A stretch of DNA of 21,109 nt from an uncultured bacterium (GTDB taxonomy: Bacteria; JAJVIF01; JAPKYR01), in NCBI GenBank assembly GCA_965369865.1, contig CBDURU010000059.1:1-21109 (forward strand). The letters run 5' to 3'. This document shows positions 1 to 8,304 of the stretch, in pieces. The translations under genes and the position numbers were made by a program. Numbering within the stretch: the first letter of the stretch is position 1; every line of letters starts with the position of its first letter. The notes beneath the pieces were generated by a model. The model was given only the letters and a program-made list of their open reading frames with translations, made no database searches and was not told where the DNA came from.

Positions 1-44
1 CGTGATAATGCGATCCTGGAACCCCACTATTTTCAACTATAAAA

Positions 45-228
45 GGGACAACCTCGAGATGTCCCCTTTCAGTGACAGCCCCGGGGACATGTCTTTTTTC
101 TCCAGTTACGCGGTTGAATCATGCTATGCGGTAATTAGGGAAAAAAGCACGTGTCCCCAAATCGATCAGCAAGATTTTTTGAAGACCGGGGACACCTGCT
201 TTTCGACGGGCGAAAAGAGATGTCCCCG
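45..228. repeat. Cluster of three GGG(G)ACA...TGTCCC(C) palindromic (REP/BIME-like) hairpins
   Basis: Hairpins at 45-65 (gggaca/tgtccc), 83-158 (ggggacatgtcttttttc / gaaaaaagcacgtgtcccc) and 187-228 (cggggacacct-g-cttttcg / cgaaaag-agatgtccccg). 187-227 is identical to 21035-21075. 56-100 matches 21065-21109 with one mismatch. Confidence 0.85.
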
Positions 229-259
229 ATATCATAGAATTTAATCGAAGTTAGAGAAG

Positions 260-2335
260 TTACAACTTTTCGACCCATACCGGTGTTGAGAGTGAAATAT
301 CCTCATTTTCAAGAGTAACAATTATGGTGTAGGCAAAATCTTTTGTAAATCCGATGTCGGTATATGTAATTTCGAATTCAAGCGAGTCCGGATTGTACGT
401 CTGAAGTATTTGCACACCGGTTTCATCGAGACGAATGATATCAACGGTCGCGATGTTAACAGAATCGGATATAACCTTAACCGAAATTTCCGGTGGTTCA
501 GACGCCTGGATTTCCGAACCCATAATCCGATCGTTTACCGAAAACTGCAGCTCGATCGGGGTGCCCTGGATGCCGTAACAATGTCCGTCTATTATGGCCT
601 GGTAGATTGCCTGACGGGTGTTCTCCTGTACCCAGACCGCCGTCAGTCCCGGTCTCGGGTCCCAGAACCAATCGTCCTGCCTGCTCTCCTTGAGATAACT
701 CCCCGGACGCGACATATGGGTATCGGAATTCGCGACAACACCATAACTCCTTCCTTCATAACTCAGTAAATACAAAACAGTTTCAACGTAGGTGCCGTGC
801 TTCTGATGGAACTCGATCGCACACTCTATACCGGGATTCTCATGATTAATCCAGTCGGGAGTATGCATCATCGGTGTGTGAGGAATCGCGATCGCTTCGT
901 ATCCCGCCAGCGCGGCCCACAGTTCTTCAATCTCATCATATTCAGGAAGTGTAAACGGCAGGATAGGGATATTATTGTCGTACGAGATCACGGTACGATG
1001 ACCTTCAGGGAGGCTGGTCCATTCAAAGCCGAAAAGCACCGAAAATGTACCGGGATCATCGTACTTACTTTGCATTTGACGGTAATAAGGAACCGCTACC
1101 CAATCGTCATTATGGAAGTGGTTATCGTGGTCGGTAAGGCAGGTGAAATCGAGCCTGGTGACATCGCGCGCATACCTGATCGCGTAATCGGGCGACTCGT
1201 CCCCGTCCGAGAAATTCGTGTGACAGTGAATGTCGCCAATCAGGAGTCGAAGATTGAAAAATTCCGGACGCGGTTCCGACGCCTGTTGAGCTCTCTGAAA
1301 TCCGGGTGGATTCAAAGCAGCGGAAGTAGCCTGGTTTCCAAGAAGAGGGTTATCGTAAATCCAGAGATTATCCATGTCGGCGACATAGAGGTAATCGCCG
1401 ATAATTTTGGCGCGACGGGCGTAACCGGGGGTATCCTTTTCAAAAACTTTTTCCAGTGTGGGAAGGTTGGATAAATCGTACGCCACAACGCCATCCTCGC
1501 CGCACGCTGCCAGTAAAATATTTCCGTTGATCGTGATGGTGTCGATAAAACGCTTGACGTAAGTTTCAGCTACAAATGCCGGATGCCAGACGTCTTGGAC
1601 ATTATGCACGCTGATATTCGACGCCTCATCATTTCGCGCGATTATCGCGTAACCATTAAGGCCGACTACGTCCTCGAAATTCGCCATACGAGATCCATCG
1701 GTGTAAGTGTTAACGGGGAGGGTTGGTGAATCCATGACATATGGCGCCAGTCCGAAGGGCGCATCGGACACAAGTAAAATATCCCCAAGGAAAAACATAT
1801 CCCGTACGCGTGAAACCGGGATCGTGTCGATAAAATGGGGCTGAGAGGGATTCAAGTTGCTGTAAATTCGAAATCCTCCAAAATAATCACCGACATAGAG
1901 GTAGCCATTGCGGAAAGCGGCGGATGTCGCCCAATGCGTGTCGTCGCTAAAAGTCATCTGGGGATTATCCGGATCGGCGAGTGAATAGACTTTGATACCG
2001 GCGGGTCCGTCGCAAAGGTAGAGGCGGTTCTCATGGATATAAAGCCTGATCGCGTAGGTGGTCTGAATCTCTTTGACAAGAGCCGGATTATTTTTGTCGG
2101 AAGCATCGATAATTTTCAATCCGCCCGGTCCGTCGGCCAGGTAAACCATGTCCCCCAGGACGGCAATATCTTCAGTGCACGTAGTGCCTTGTGAACCGGT
2201 TGTTGGAGGCGGGGGTTCGATTGGTGGAGTGGTTTCGGATCCGCCGCCGCCACAGGAGAGACAAATGAAGGTGCAGAACGCAATAAGGATGAGGAGGTTT
2301 CCCGTGGTCGAAATCCTTAATCTATTGATCAGCAT
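260..2335 (-). CDS. Putative lipoprotein: LVIVD-repeat beta-propeller fused to a PHP-fold (CehA/McbA- or DUF3604-like) metallohydrolase
   Basis: 691-aa ORF. Signal peptide with lipobox-like CLSC, then a G/P-rich linker and repeated 'YLADGPGGLKIID', 'YLCDGPAGIKVY', 'YVGDYFGGFRIY' units (LVIVD-like). C-terminal PHP metal motifs: GDIHCHTNFSDG, LTDHD, GFEWT..GH, IPH, NSDTH. Confidence 0.8.
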   Translation of the reverse strand: MLINRLRISTTGNLLILIAFCTFICLSCGGGGSETTPPIEPPPPTTGSQGTTCTEDIAVLGDMVYLADGPGGLKIIDASDKNNPALVKEIQTTYAIRLYIHENRLYLCDGPAGIKVYSLADPDNPQMTFSDDTHWATSAAFRNGYLYVGDYFGGFRIYSNLNPSQPHFIDTIPVSRVRDMFFLGDILLVSDAPFGLAPYVMDSPTLPVNTYTDGSRMANFEDVVGLNGYAIIARNDEASNISVHNVQDVWHPAFVAETYVKRFIDTITINGNILLAACGEDGVVAYDLSNLPTLEKVFEKDTPGYARRAKIIGDYLYVADMDNLWIYDNPLLGNQATSAALNPPGFQRAQQASEPRPEFFNLRLLIGDIHCHTNFSDGDESPDYAIRYARDVTRLDFTCLTDHDNHFHNDDWVAVPYYRQMQSKYDDPGTFSVLFGFEWTSLPEGHRTVISYDNNIPILPFTLPEYDEIEELWAALAGYEAIAIPHTPMMHTPDWINHENPGIECAIEFHQKHGTYVETVLYLLSYEGRSYGVVANSDTHMSRPGSYLKESRQDDWFWDPRPGLTAVWVQENTRQAIYQAIIDGHCYGIQGTPIELQFSVNDRIMGSEIQASEPPEISVKVISDSVNIATVDIIRLDETGVQILQTYNPDSLEFEITYTDIGFTKDFAYTIIVTLENEDISLSTPVWVEKL

Positions 2336-2399
2336 ATTTCCCCTTTCTGTCTTATTGAAGGATTATCTCACATTAGCGGGGATAATACGATTCAGGATG

Positions 2400-3470
2400 T
2401 CATTCATCAGCGATTTTAATCAGCACTTTACCGAATGCCTTGCGACTTTCGAGATGTTCATGTGCTTTCGGGAGTTCATCAAACGGGAAGACACTGTCCA
2501 CGATTGGTTTCGCAAGCCCCCTCGACACAAGATCCAGGCACTGCAAATATTCGTTTCGCGATCCCATAGTGCTGCCAAGTATGCTTAACCCTTTAAAGAA
2601 GATCATCGCGAGATTTAAATCGACAATGGGTCCCGATGTTGTCCCGCACGTGACCATTCTTCCGCCTTTCGCGAGCGATTTAATGTTGCCTTCGAACGTA
2701 TCCTTCCCGATATGATCGATAATCAGGTCCACGCCGCGTTTACCGGTGAGATCGCGAACTTCCTTCGCAAAATCGGATTTCCTGTAATTTATGATTTTTT
2801 CGATCCCGAATTTTTTTGCCGCTTCGATTTTTTCGGGGCTTCCCGCAGTCGCGATCACAGTAGCGCCTGCTATTTTAGCGAGTTGGATCGCCGCTATTGA
2901 AACACCGCTACCCGCGGCGTGCACCAAAACCCAGTCGGACGGTTTAACCTGTCCCCTTGTGTGTACCATCCTGTACGCAGTAAGAAATGTCAGCCCGAAC
3001 GCAGCCGCGGTATCCCATGAAACATGGTCCGGGATCGGGGTAACTTCCGCTTTTGGTGCCACAATATATTGAGCGGCGCCACCATCGAATGATTCTCCCC
3101 TGATACCGTACATGCCGCACAACGGATCATCTCCTTCCAGACAATGTGAGCAGGTCCCGCAGCTCCTGCCCGGAAGTAGTGTAACCCTCATCCCTTCGGA
3201 CAGGTCGACGCATCCCTCACCGGTTTTATCAATGACCCCGGCAACATCGCTGATGGGGATCAAGGGTAGCGGGAATTTATGGCCCGGTATTCCCCGTCTG
3301 ACCCAGAGGTCCAGATGGTTGAGCGCTCCCCGGACAGCCCTGATCCTGACCTGGCCGGGTCCGGGTTCCGGGATTGGGCGATCTTCGAGTTTCAGGACAT
3401 CGATGTTTCCATGTTCCGGAACCACCCATGCTTTCATTGTTGTGCCTGGGGGAGTAGAGATTTCACTCAT
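2400..3470 (-). CDS. Zinc-binding MDR-family dehydrogenase / quinone oxidoreductase-like protein
   Basis: GroES-like N-terminal domain (PEPGPGQVRIR..ALNHLDLW), structural-Zn motif CGTCSHC-x7-C, nucleotide-binding VLVHAAGSGVS and C-terminal FGKVLI. An alternative start at MKAW is possible. Confidence 0.9.
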   Translation of the reverse strand: MSEISTPPGTTMKAWVVPEHGNIDVLKLEDRPIPEPGPGQVRIRAVRGALNHLDLWVRRGIPGHKFPLPLIPISDVAGVIDKTGEGCVDLSEGMRVTLLPGRSCGTCSHCLEGDDPLCGMYGIRGESFDGGAAQYIVAPKAEVTPIPDHVSWDTAAAFGLTFLTAYRMVHTRGQVKPSDWVLVHAAGSGVSIAAIQLAKIAGATVIATAGSPEKIEAAKKFGIEKIINYRKSDFAKEVRDLTGKRGVDLIIDHIGKDTFEGNIKSLAKGGRMVTCGTTSGPIVDLNLAMIFFKGLSILGSTMGSRNEYLQCLDLVSRGLAKPIVDSVFPFDELPKAHEHLESRKAFGKVLIKIADE

Positions 3471-3595
3471 TTTTCAGTCCTGGTCATTGGTCGGTTTTTA
3501 AAGAGATAGTAGGGAATTTTAACATATCTATGAATATGGCGACACACCTTCAACTGAGCTTTGGGAAATAAATTGAACTCTAAAACCCCCCCTAT

Positions 3596-3684
3596 AATCC
3601 CCCCTTTGGGGGGATGGTGTATTCAATCCTCTCTTTGGGGGGGATTGTGTATTCAATCCTCCCTTTGGGGGGGATTGTGTATTC
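3596..3684. repeat. Three tandem ~30-bp palindromic repeats (AATCCYCYCTTTGGGGGG(G)ATKGTGTATTC)
   Basis: Units at 3596-3624, 3625-3654 and 3655-3684. Each folds as an ATCCCCCC-TTT-GGGGGGAT-type hairpin. There are no unique spacers. Confidence 0.9.
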
Positions 3685-3746
3685 ATCACCATCCTGCGGA
3701 GGGAGGGAGGGGGGAGCTTTCAATAATGTTGAAGTAAGAAAAAAAA

Positions 3747-3810
3747 CCGGGGACACCTTCAACGAGAGGTGTCCCCGGGGGTGATTAGCGAGTACGAAAA
3801 GAGATGTCCC
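3747..3810. repeat. GGGGACAC-family palindromic repeat plus a half-copy
   Basis: Perfect 12-bp inverted repeat ccggggacacct (3747-3758) / aggtgtccccgg (3767-3778). cgaaaagagatgtccc (3795-3810) is identical to the right arm of the 187-228 hairpin. Confidence 0.85.
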
Positions 3811-3873
3811 AGGGGGTGTAAAAGGTGATCTTCAAGGCTTGAGTCAATCAAAATTAGGTGATAGGCTTGAGGC

Positions 3874-4554
3874 ATGGCTGGATACCTTGATGAAGCGCCC
3901 CAGGATCGAAGCTGGGGAAGGTTTATTAACCGCTATGATGCCGGGCGTGCGATCGCAGATAAAATCCAGGAGGAAATTAATGCGGGGAATCTCGACCTTG
4001 AGGGTAAGGGTGTAGTAATCGGTCTGCCTCGCGGCGGACTGGAGGTTGGTTATGCGGTCGCGAACGACCTTAAACTCCCGCTGGATTTCAGGTCGGTGAA
4101 AAAGGTCGGGCACCCTATGCAGCCGGAATTCGCGATAGGCGCTGTCGATATTTCAGGCATTTCAATGAAAAATCCGTTTGTAAGTCCGGCGGAAATGCCG
4201 TCGGATAAGGAATTCGAGCGCATGGTTGAGCGCGCGTTAACGCAGGCTAAAAAGATGGAGGTGGACCTTCGCGGTGACAGGAAGTCCCGATTGAAAGATG
4301 CCGACTGGTGCCTTGTGGTAGATGACGGCGCGGCAACGGGCCTGACCTTGCTGGCAGCGGTAGGAGGTTTAAAAAGCGAAGGGTTGAAAGTGATTGTCGC
4401 GGTCCCGGTATCAAGCGACCAGGCAAAAAAGTTATTGAGCGAGGCTGCCGATCGATTTATAGCGTTGATGGTTCCGGATCATTTCGGAGCAGTGGGGCAA
4501 TTTTACGATGATTTCTCGCAGGTTCCCATGGAAGACGCAAGGAAGTTTCTGTAG
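3874..4554 (+). CDS. Type I phosphoribosyltransferase family protein
   Basis: PRPP-binding loop LVVDDGAATGLT, GLPRGG, N-terminal FINRYDAGRAIA and C-terminal AVGQFYDDFSQV, typical of the stand-alone uncharacterised PRTase family. Confidence 0.9.
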   Translation: MAGYLDEAPQDRSWGRFINRYDAGRAIADKIQEEINAGNLDLEGKGVVIGLPRGGLEVGYAVANDLKLPLDFRSVKKVGHPMQPEFAIGAVDISGISMKNPFVSPAEMPSDKEFERMVERALTQAKKMEVDLRGDRKSRLKDADWCLVVDDGAATGLTLLAAVGGLKSEGLKVIVAVPVSSDQAKKLLSEAADRFIALMVPDHFGAVGQFYDDFSQVPMEDARKFL

Positions 4555-4751
4555 GTGGAGTAAATCATCGTATCCGGGATTTTTATCCAAGGATACATCC
4601 CATGAGGGTCAATTCAGTGAAATGTCTTTCCGCCATATATTTCCGCACGCCAACACTCGACTATCAACTTTAAATATGGTTAAATAGCATCAGGTTAGGA
4701 AAGGTTACGAAGGAGCGAAAGGGAAGCGGGCTGTGTTGCATTCATTTTACC

Positions 4752-6074
4752 ATGGCACAGGATGCTGCCCGTGCATACTGGCGATTTACCGTAATCTGGC
4801 TCATAATCGGAACGGTATTTGGTATCTTCTCAGCACTTTCCCTTTTTGTACCCGAATTCCATACTTCTCATCCGCTGCCCGGATTCGGACGACTTGTCGC
4901 CGCGCATCGCGCATCAATGGTCCATGGTGTTCTGTTCTCGGGAGTACTGGCGCTTGCTTATACTCTTCTTCCACGTCTGACCCAGGCACGGACGAAATCA
5001 TCCCGTTTCAGTAAAATACTCGCGGTCATCGGATTTCTCATCGTCCTGTTCGGAATTCTGTTAATCATCCTTGGTTACGGGTCGGGACGCGAGTACGCCG
5101 ACCTTCCTGCCGGGTTCGCTATCCTCTACTGGTTCTACCTGATGGCGGTGGCGGTTGATTTATCGATATTACTTTTAAACTCGACGGTGGTAACTTCGCA
5201 TCCCACAACCGGGCTTTTTTACTTAGCGGCCGTGCTTCCAGCGATAGTGTACCCGTTCGCGCTTCCGCATTGGTGGGGAGCGGGGCTGTTCGATGCTTTA
5301 AGGGTCTGGGTAAGCTGGAAAACGATATTTATAGGGAGTTTCGGGACAGCCGCGATAGGGGCGATGATTTTTTATCTTGGATCGCTCAAGCCCAGGCCAA
5401 AACTTCCATCCGGGGCTTTCCTGTTTGGGATTGGTATCATTATTTGCCTTGGACCGCTGGTTGGAATAACCCACCTTCTGGATGCGCCAATGTGGGGCGG
5501 ATTGAAGGTTCTCGGAGCGTTTGCCGGGGTAATGGTGGCAGCGGGATTTCTGATCCTGATACGGATTTTCTGGCGGGGGGAAATTAAGGGGACCTCGTCA
5601 CTCCTGTTTTTCGCGGGATTGTGCGGACTCGGTTACACGGTAGTTCAGGGAATAGTTCTGACGATCCCGCCCATACATACCGCGTTTCATTTCACCGCGA
5701 ATACATCGGCGCACGCTCACATTGCACTCGGTTCAATAGTAATGATATTTCTGTCGGCGGGGATACTTGTTATCCCGATTTTATCGAGGCGTGATTTTAT
5801 TGGAATGAAACAAACATTAACGGCATCGGGGTTGCTGATTTCCGGGTTGATCTTAATATTCATGTTCCAGACGTCGGCGGGTGTTCTCCAGGCGACCGCG
5901 TTTATTAACGGTTTGAGCGTAACCGACTGGCTCCCGATGTTCAGGTGGCTGCAACTCGGTGTTTTGTGCGGCGGGCTGATCATGCTTCCAGGTATCCTGA
6001 TTTTAGCAGTCACTTTTATCAGGAACCTTGGGAGTCAAGACAGGGGAACAGATTCTGGAGGGGGTGAGATGTGA
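4752..6074 (+). CDS. cbb3-type (C-family) heme-copper oxidase subunit I homolog with a degenerate CuB site (CcoN-like)
   Basis: 440-aa, highly hydrophobic, ~12 TM. FGRLVAAH resembles CcoN FGRLRPLH, GYGSGREYADLP resembles GYTSSKEYAELE, and HFTANTSAHAHIALG resembles HYTDWTIGHVHSGALG. The helix VI and VII CuB motifs are altered (WVSWKT; GPLVGITHL). A CcoO-like gene is adjacent. Confidence 0.85.
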   Translation: MAQDAARAYWRFTVIWLIIGTVFGIFSALSLFVPEFHTSHPLPGFGRLVAAHRASMVHGVLFSGVLALAYTLLPRLTQARTKSSRFSKILAVIGFLIVLFGILLIILGYGSGREYADLPAGFAILYWFYLMAVAVDLSILLLNSTVVTSHPTTGLFYLAAVLPAIVYPFALPHWWGAGLFDALRVWVSWKTIFIGSFGTAAIGAMIFYLGSLKPRPKLPSGAFLFGIGIIICLGPLVGITHLLDAPMWGGLKVLGAFAGVMVAAGFLILIRIFWRGEIKGTSSLLFFAGLCGLGYTVVQGIVLTIPPIHTAFHFTANTSAHAHIALGSIVMIFLSAGILVIPILSRRDFIGMKQTLTASGLLISGLILIFMFQTSAGVLQATAFINGLSVTDWLPMFRWLQLGVLCGGLIMLPGILILAVTFIRNLGSQDRGTDSGGGEM

Positions 6075-7156
6075 ACGACGGTAAAATAACACCCGATCAT
6101 CCTCCACGAATAACAAACGCCAGCTACCTGTTCGCATGGAAGGCGACTGCATTCCTTATCGCGTTAATTCTCCTCGCCCTCGCGATTCCGTCGGAACCTC
6201 CCCCATCGCCGGTTGGGTCGAAGCTGAAAATGATACGACGAGGCGGGGCGGTATATGACGGCGAAGGATGCGCCAACTGCCATTCGATGATGGTTCGCGG
6301 AGTCGACAGGGGGATGGGGATTACCGCGACGGATGATCTGATGTTCGCAAGGAGCGACTATCCCGGTTCGGTGAGAATCGGAACCGATCTGCAAAATATC
6401 GCCGGGCGTTACCCCGAGATATTGATGGAAATCAGGCTGACCGATCCGAACGCGCTTCATCCCGGAACCGTCATGCCGTCATACGCGCATCTGTCCGACA
6501 CCCGACGTGCACAATTGATCGAATTCCTGGAGCGGTCGGCATTGATTCCCGGCGGGCTGGAGGCGATTCGCGCAATGAATTCAATAGAAGCGGCGGTACC
6601 GGATGAGGTTGTGATTTCGATGTACAAGTATCTCGATTCGGAGACCGGATTAATAATCACACCGCTCAGGTCATCTCCCGAATTAATGATAGCCGCAAGT
6701 GGAATATACAATTCGAGGTGTGCGGTTTGCCACGGAATTACGGGAAGGGGCGACGGTCCATTCTATTCGCAGGGAAATCGGCCAGGCGCCGCGTCACCAC
6801 TGGTACCGCCGAAGTCATACAGATCGGAGGATTTCAGGGACATAACAGATATAAAACTGTACTGGCGCATCCTGGAAGGCGTCCCCGGTACCGGGATGCC
6901 ATCCTGGGGTGGAACGCTGTCGGAAGACGCAATCTGGCTTCTGGTGAAGTATGTCAGGCTGTTAATACCGGACAACGCATGGAGGCAATTAGAAGAAACA
7001 AGTTCAGCGGGCCCGGGTGGTGAGAGCGCGTCGGAAGAAGACGGTGGGATAGAAGAAGGTGAGGAGTCAAACCAATCGCCTGGAATATCCGACGAGTTGG
7101 ATTCAGACTTATCGCCCGGGTCTCTGGATGAAATAACTGTCGAGGGGGGTACGTGA
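6071..7156 (+). CDS. CcoO-like cbb3 subunit II fused to a second cytochrome c domain (diheme), acidic tail
   Basis: GTG start overlapping the upstream stop (GTGA). N-terminal TM. GGAVYDGEGCANCHSMMVR..GSVRIGTDL..DP..LHPGTVMPSY follows the CcoO/FixO pattern. Second heme motif CAVCH..GVPGTGMPSW. Confidence 0.85.
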   Translation: MNDGKITPDHPPRITNASYLFAWKATAFLIALILLALAIPSEPPPSPVGSKLKMIRRGGAVYDGEGCANCHSMMVRGVDRGMGITATDDLMFARSDYPGSVRIGTDLQNIAGRYPEILMEIRLTDPNALHPGTVMPSYAHLSDTRRAQLIEFLERSALIPGGLEAIRAMNSIEAAVPDEVVISMYKYLDSETGLIITPLRSSPELMIAASGIYNSRCAVCHGITGRGDGPFYSQGNRPGAASPLVPPKSYRSEDFRDITDIKLYWRILEGVPGTGMPSWGGTLSEDAIWLLVKYVRLLIPDNAWRQLEETSSAGPGGESASEEDGGIEEGEESNQSPGISDELDSDLSPGSLDEITVEGGT

Positions 7157-7311
7157 TGATGGAAACGAACCATGAGCCGGCCCATGATGATGATTTCTAC
7201 GAACCTGTTGAATTCTACGATGCCGGGATACGCTGGGTGTCGGTCGAATCCGCGATTCTCCTTGGAGGAATGTTAATCGGGCTGATCGTCGCTGTCTGGC
7301 ACCTTGCCTGA
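7153..7311 (+). CDS. Small single-TM protein (52 aa), possibly CcoP N-terminal-like or a CcoQ-type accessory subunit
   Basis: Not in the ORF track. GTG/ATG starts at 7153/7156/7159 overlap the ccoO-like stop, with G-rich GAGGGGGG upstream. It translates as (M)MMETNHEPAHDDDFYEPVEFYDAGIRWVSVESAILLGGMLIGLIVAVWHLA* and fills the operon gap. Confidence 0.7.
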   Translation: MMMETNHEPAHDDDFYEPVEFYDAGIRWVSVESAILLGGMLIGLIVAVWHLA

Positions 7312-7327
7312 CAGGTAAATTTTAAAC

Positions 7328-8296
7328 ATGAGAAAGATCGCGATATATTTAATTTTCATCATAGCGGCTACCCTGTTCGCCCTGACAGTGCCTTTATGGC
7401 AGGTGAGTTTGAAAACCGACGGACGATCAGCATCGAATCTCGCCCATCAGTTGTGGTCCGGTGAATCCGGGACACCAACCTCACAGGTAAATATTATCCA
7501 GGGACGGAATATATACCGGGGTGTATGCGCGGACTGCCATGGGTCGGGCCAAACGGAATTCGGCATCGGGTCCGGGTATCCTGCGGCTTCTGTCCGGTAT
7601 TCGCCGCGGGATATACACCAGATCATCACGTTTGGTGAGAAACAGGAAATTCCGGATAGCGTTGAGTATACCGGGCAGCCGTTTGATATGAAGAGGGACC
7701 ATCCGGCCTACCCGGCACAACTTACGGATACAGAGCGTTGGGCCGTTTCGATTTACCTGATTTCAGCAACACTCGATCCATTGGATTTTGAGCTTGACAT
7801 CGAGTGGTTGAATGGATGGCGGCAGCAGTTGCACCCGGAGGAGCCCGGTCGATCGAGGGTTAATCTTTTCAACCAGAATTGTGCGATATGCCATGGTCCG
7901 GCAGGATACGGGAACGGGCCCCTCGCACATGACCTTATCCCGTCCCCATCAAGCTTACGCGATACGGCCTGGCTGGGGAACCAGTCCGACTGGTATCTTT
8001 ATTCTGTTATCCGTGAGGGGAGATTTAATTATCCGGGAGTTGAAAATACAGGCTCATGGCTTGAGACCGACAATGCATGGACCGGGATGCCGTCGTGGGG
8101 TAAATATCTTTCAGACGGGCAGATGATCCGCCTTGTCAATCACATAAGGAGCTTCAGCTACGCACTGGAAGAAACCGAGAGTTCTGTCGAGGATTACGAA
8201 GAAATCTTTCCCGATCTTAACCGATGGGCCTGGTCCGAAATTTCAAGGGAACTTCCCGACGCTCCCGGGTTACCGCCCGGATGGCTGGAGGAATAA
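7328..8296 (+). CDS. Membrane-anchored/secreted diheme cytochrome c
   Basis: N-terminal hydrophobic segment, two CxxCH motifs (CADCH, CAICH), and GNGP..DL.P.P and GMPSW in the second domain. Confidence 0.9.
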   Translation: MRKIAIYLIFIIAATLFALTVPLWQVSLKTDGRSASNLAHQLWSGESGTPTSQVNIIQGRNIYRGVCADCHGSGQTEFGIGSGYPAASVRYSPRDIHQIITFGEKQEIPDSVEYTGQPFDMKRDHPAYPAQLTDTERWAVSIYLISATLDPLDFELDIEWLNGWRQQLHPEEPGRSRVNLFNQNCAICHGPAGYGNGPLAHDLIPSPSSLRDTAWLGNQSDWYLYSVIREGRFNYPGVENTGSWLETDNAWTGMPSWGKYLSDGQMIRLVNHIRSFSYALEETESSVEDYEEIFPDLNRWAWSEISRELPDAPGLPPGWLEE

Positions 8297-8304
8297 ACGA
8301 ATTC

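Noticed and set aside
2..244. 80-aa ORF at the left end
   Set aside because: It is made almost entirely of the palindromic repeat cluster and has no protein-like features.
797..1474. Long opposite-strand or alternative-frame ORFs (e.g. 797-1474, 2148-2588, 6763-7185, 14664-15176, 17277-17705, 18705-19133)
   Set aside because: They are shadows of well-supported genes and have no recognisable motifs.
2400..3470. Missing catalytic-Zn ligands (ALNHLD; ISD in place of GHE) as a novelty
   Set aside because: This is the normal pattern for a widespread quinone-reductase-like MDR subfamily that keeps only the structural Zn.
3596..3684. Possible mini-CRISPR array
   Set aside because: The repeats are directly adjacent with no unique spacers, and there are no cas genes in the window.
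4555..4751. FNR or Rex operator upstream of the redox operon
   Set aside because: I saw no convincing TTGAT-N4-ATCAA or TTGTGAA-N4-TTCACAA palindrome, only an isolated ATCAA half-site.
4752..6074. Calling the gene a functional ccoN or norB, or a pseudogene
   Set aside because: Loss of the CuB/FeB His argues against a canonical oxidase or NOR. The intact frame, retained heme ligands and translational coupling argue against a pseudogene, though this is not proven.
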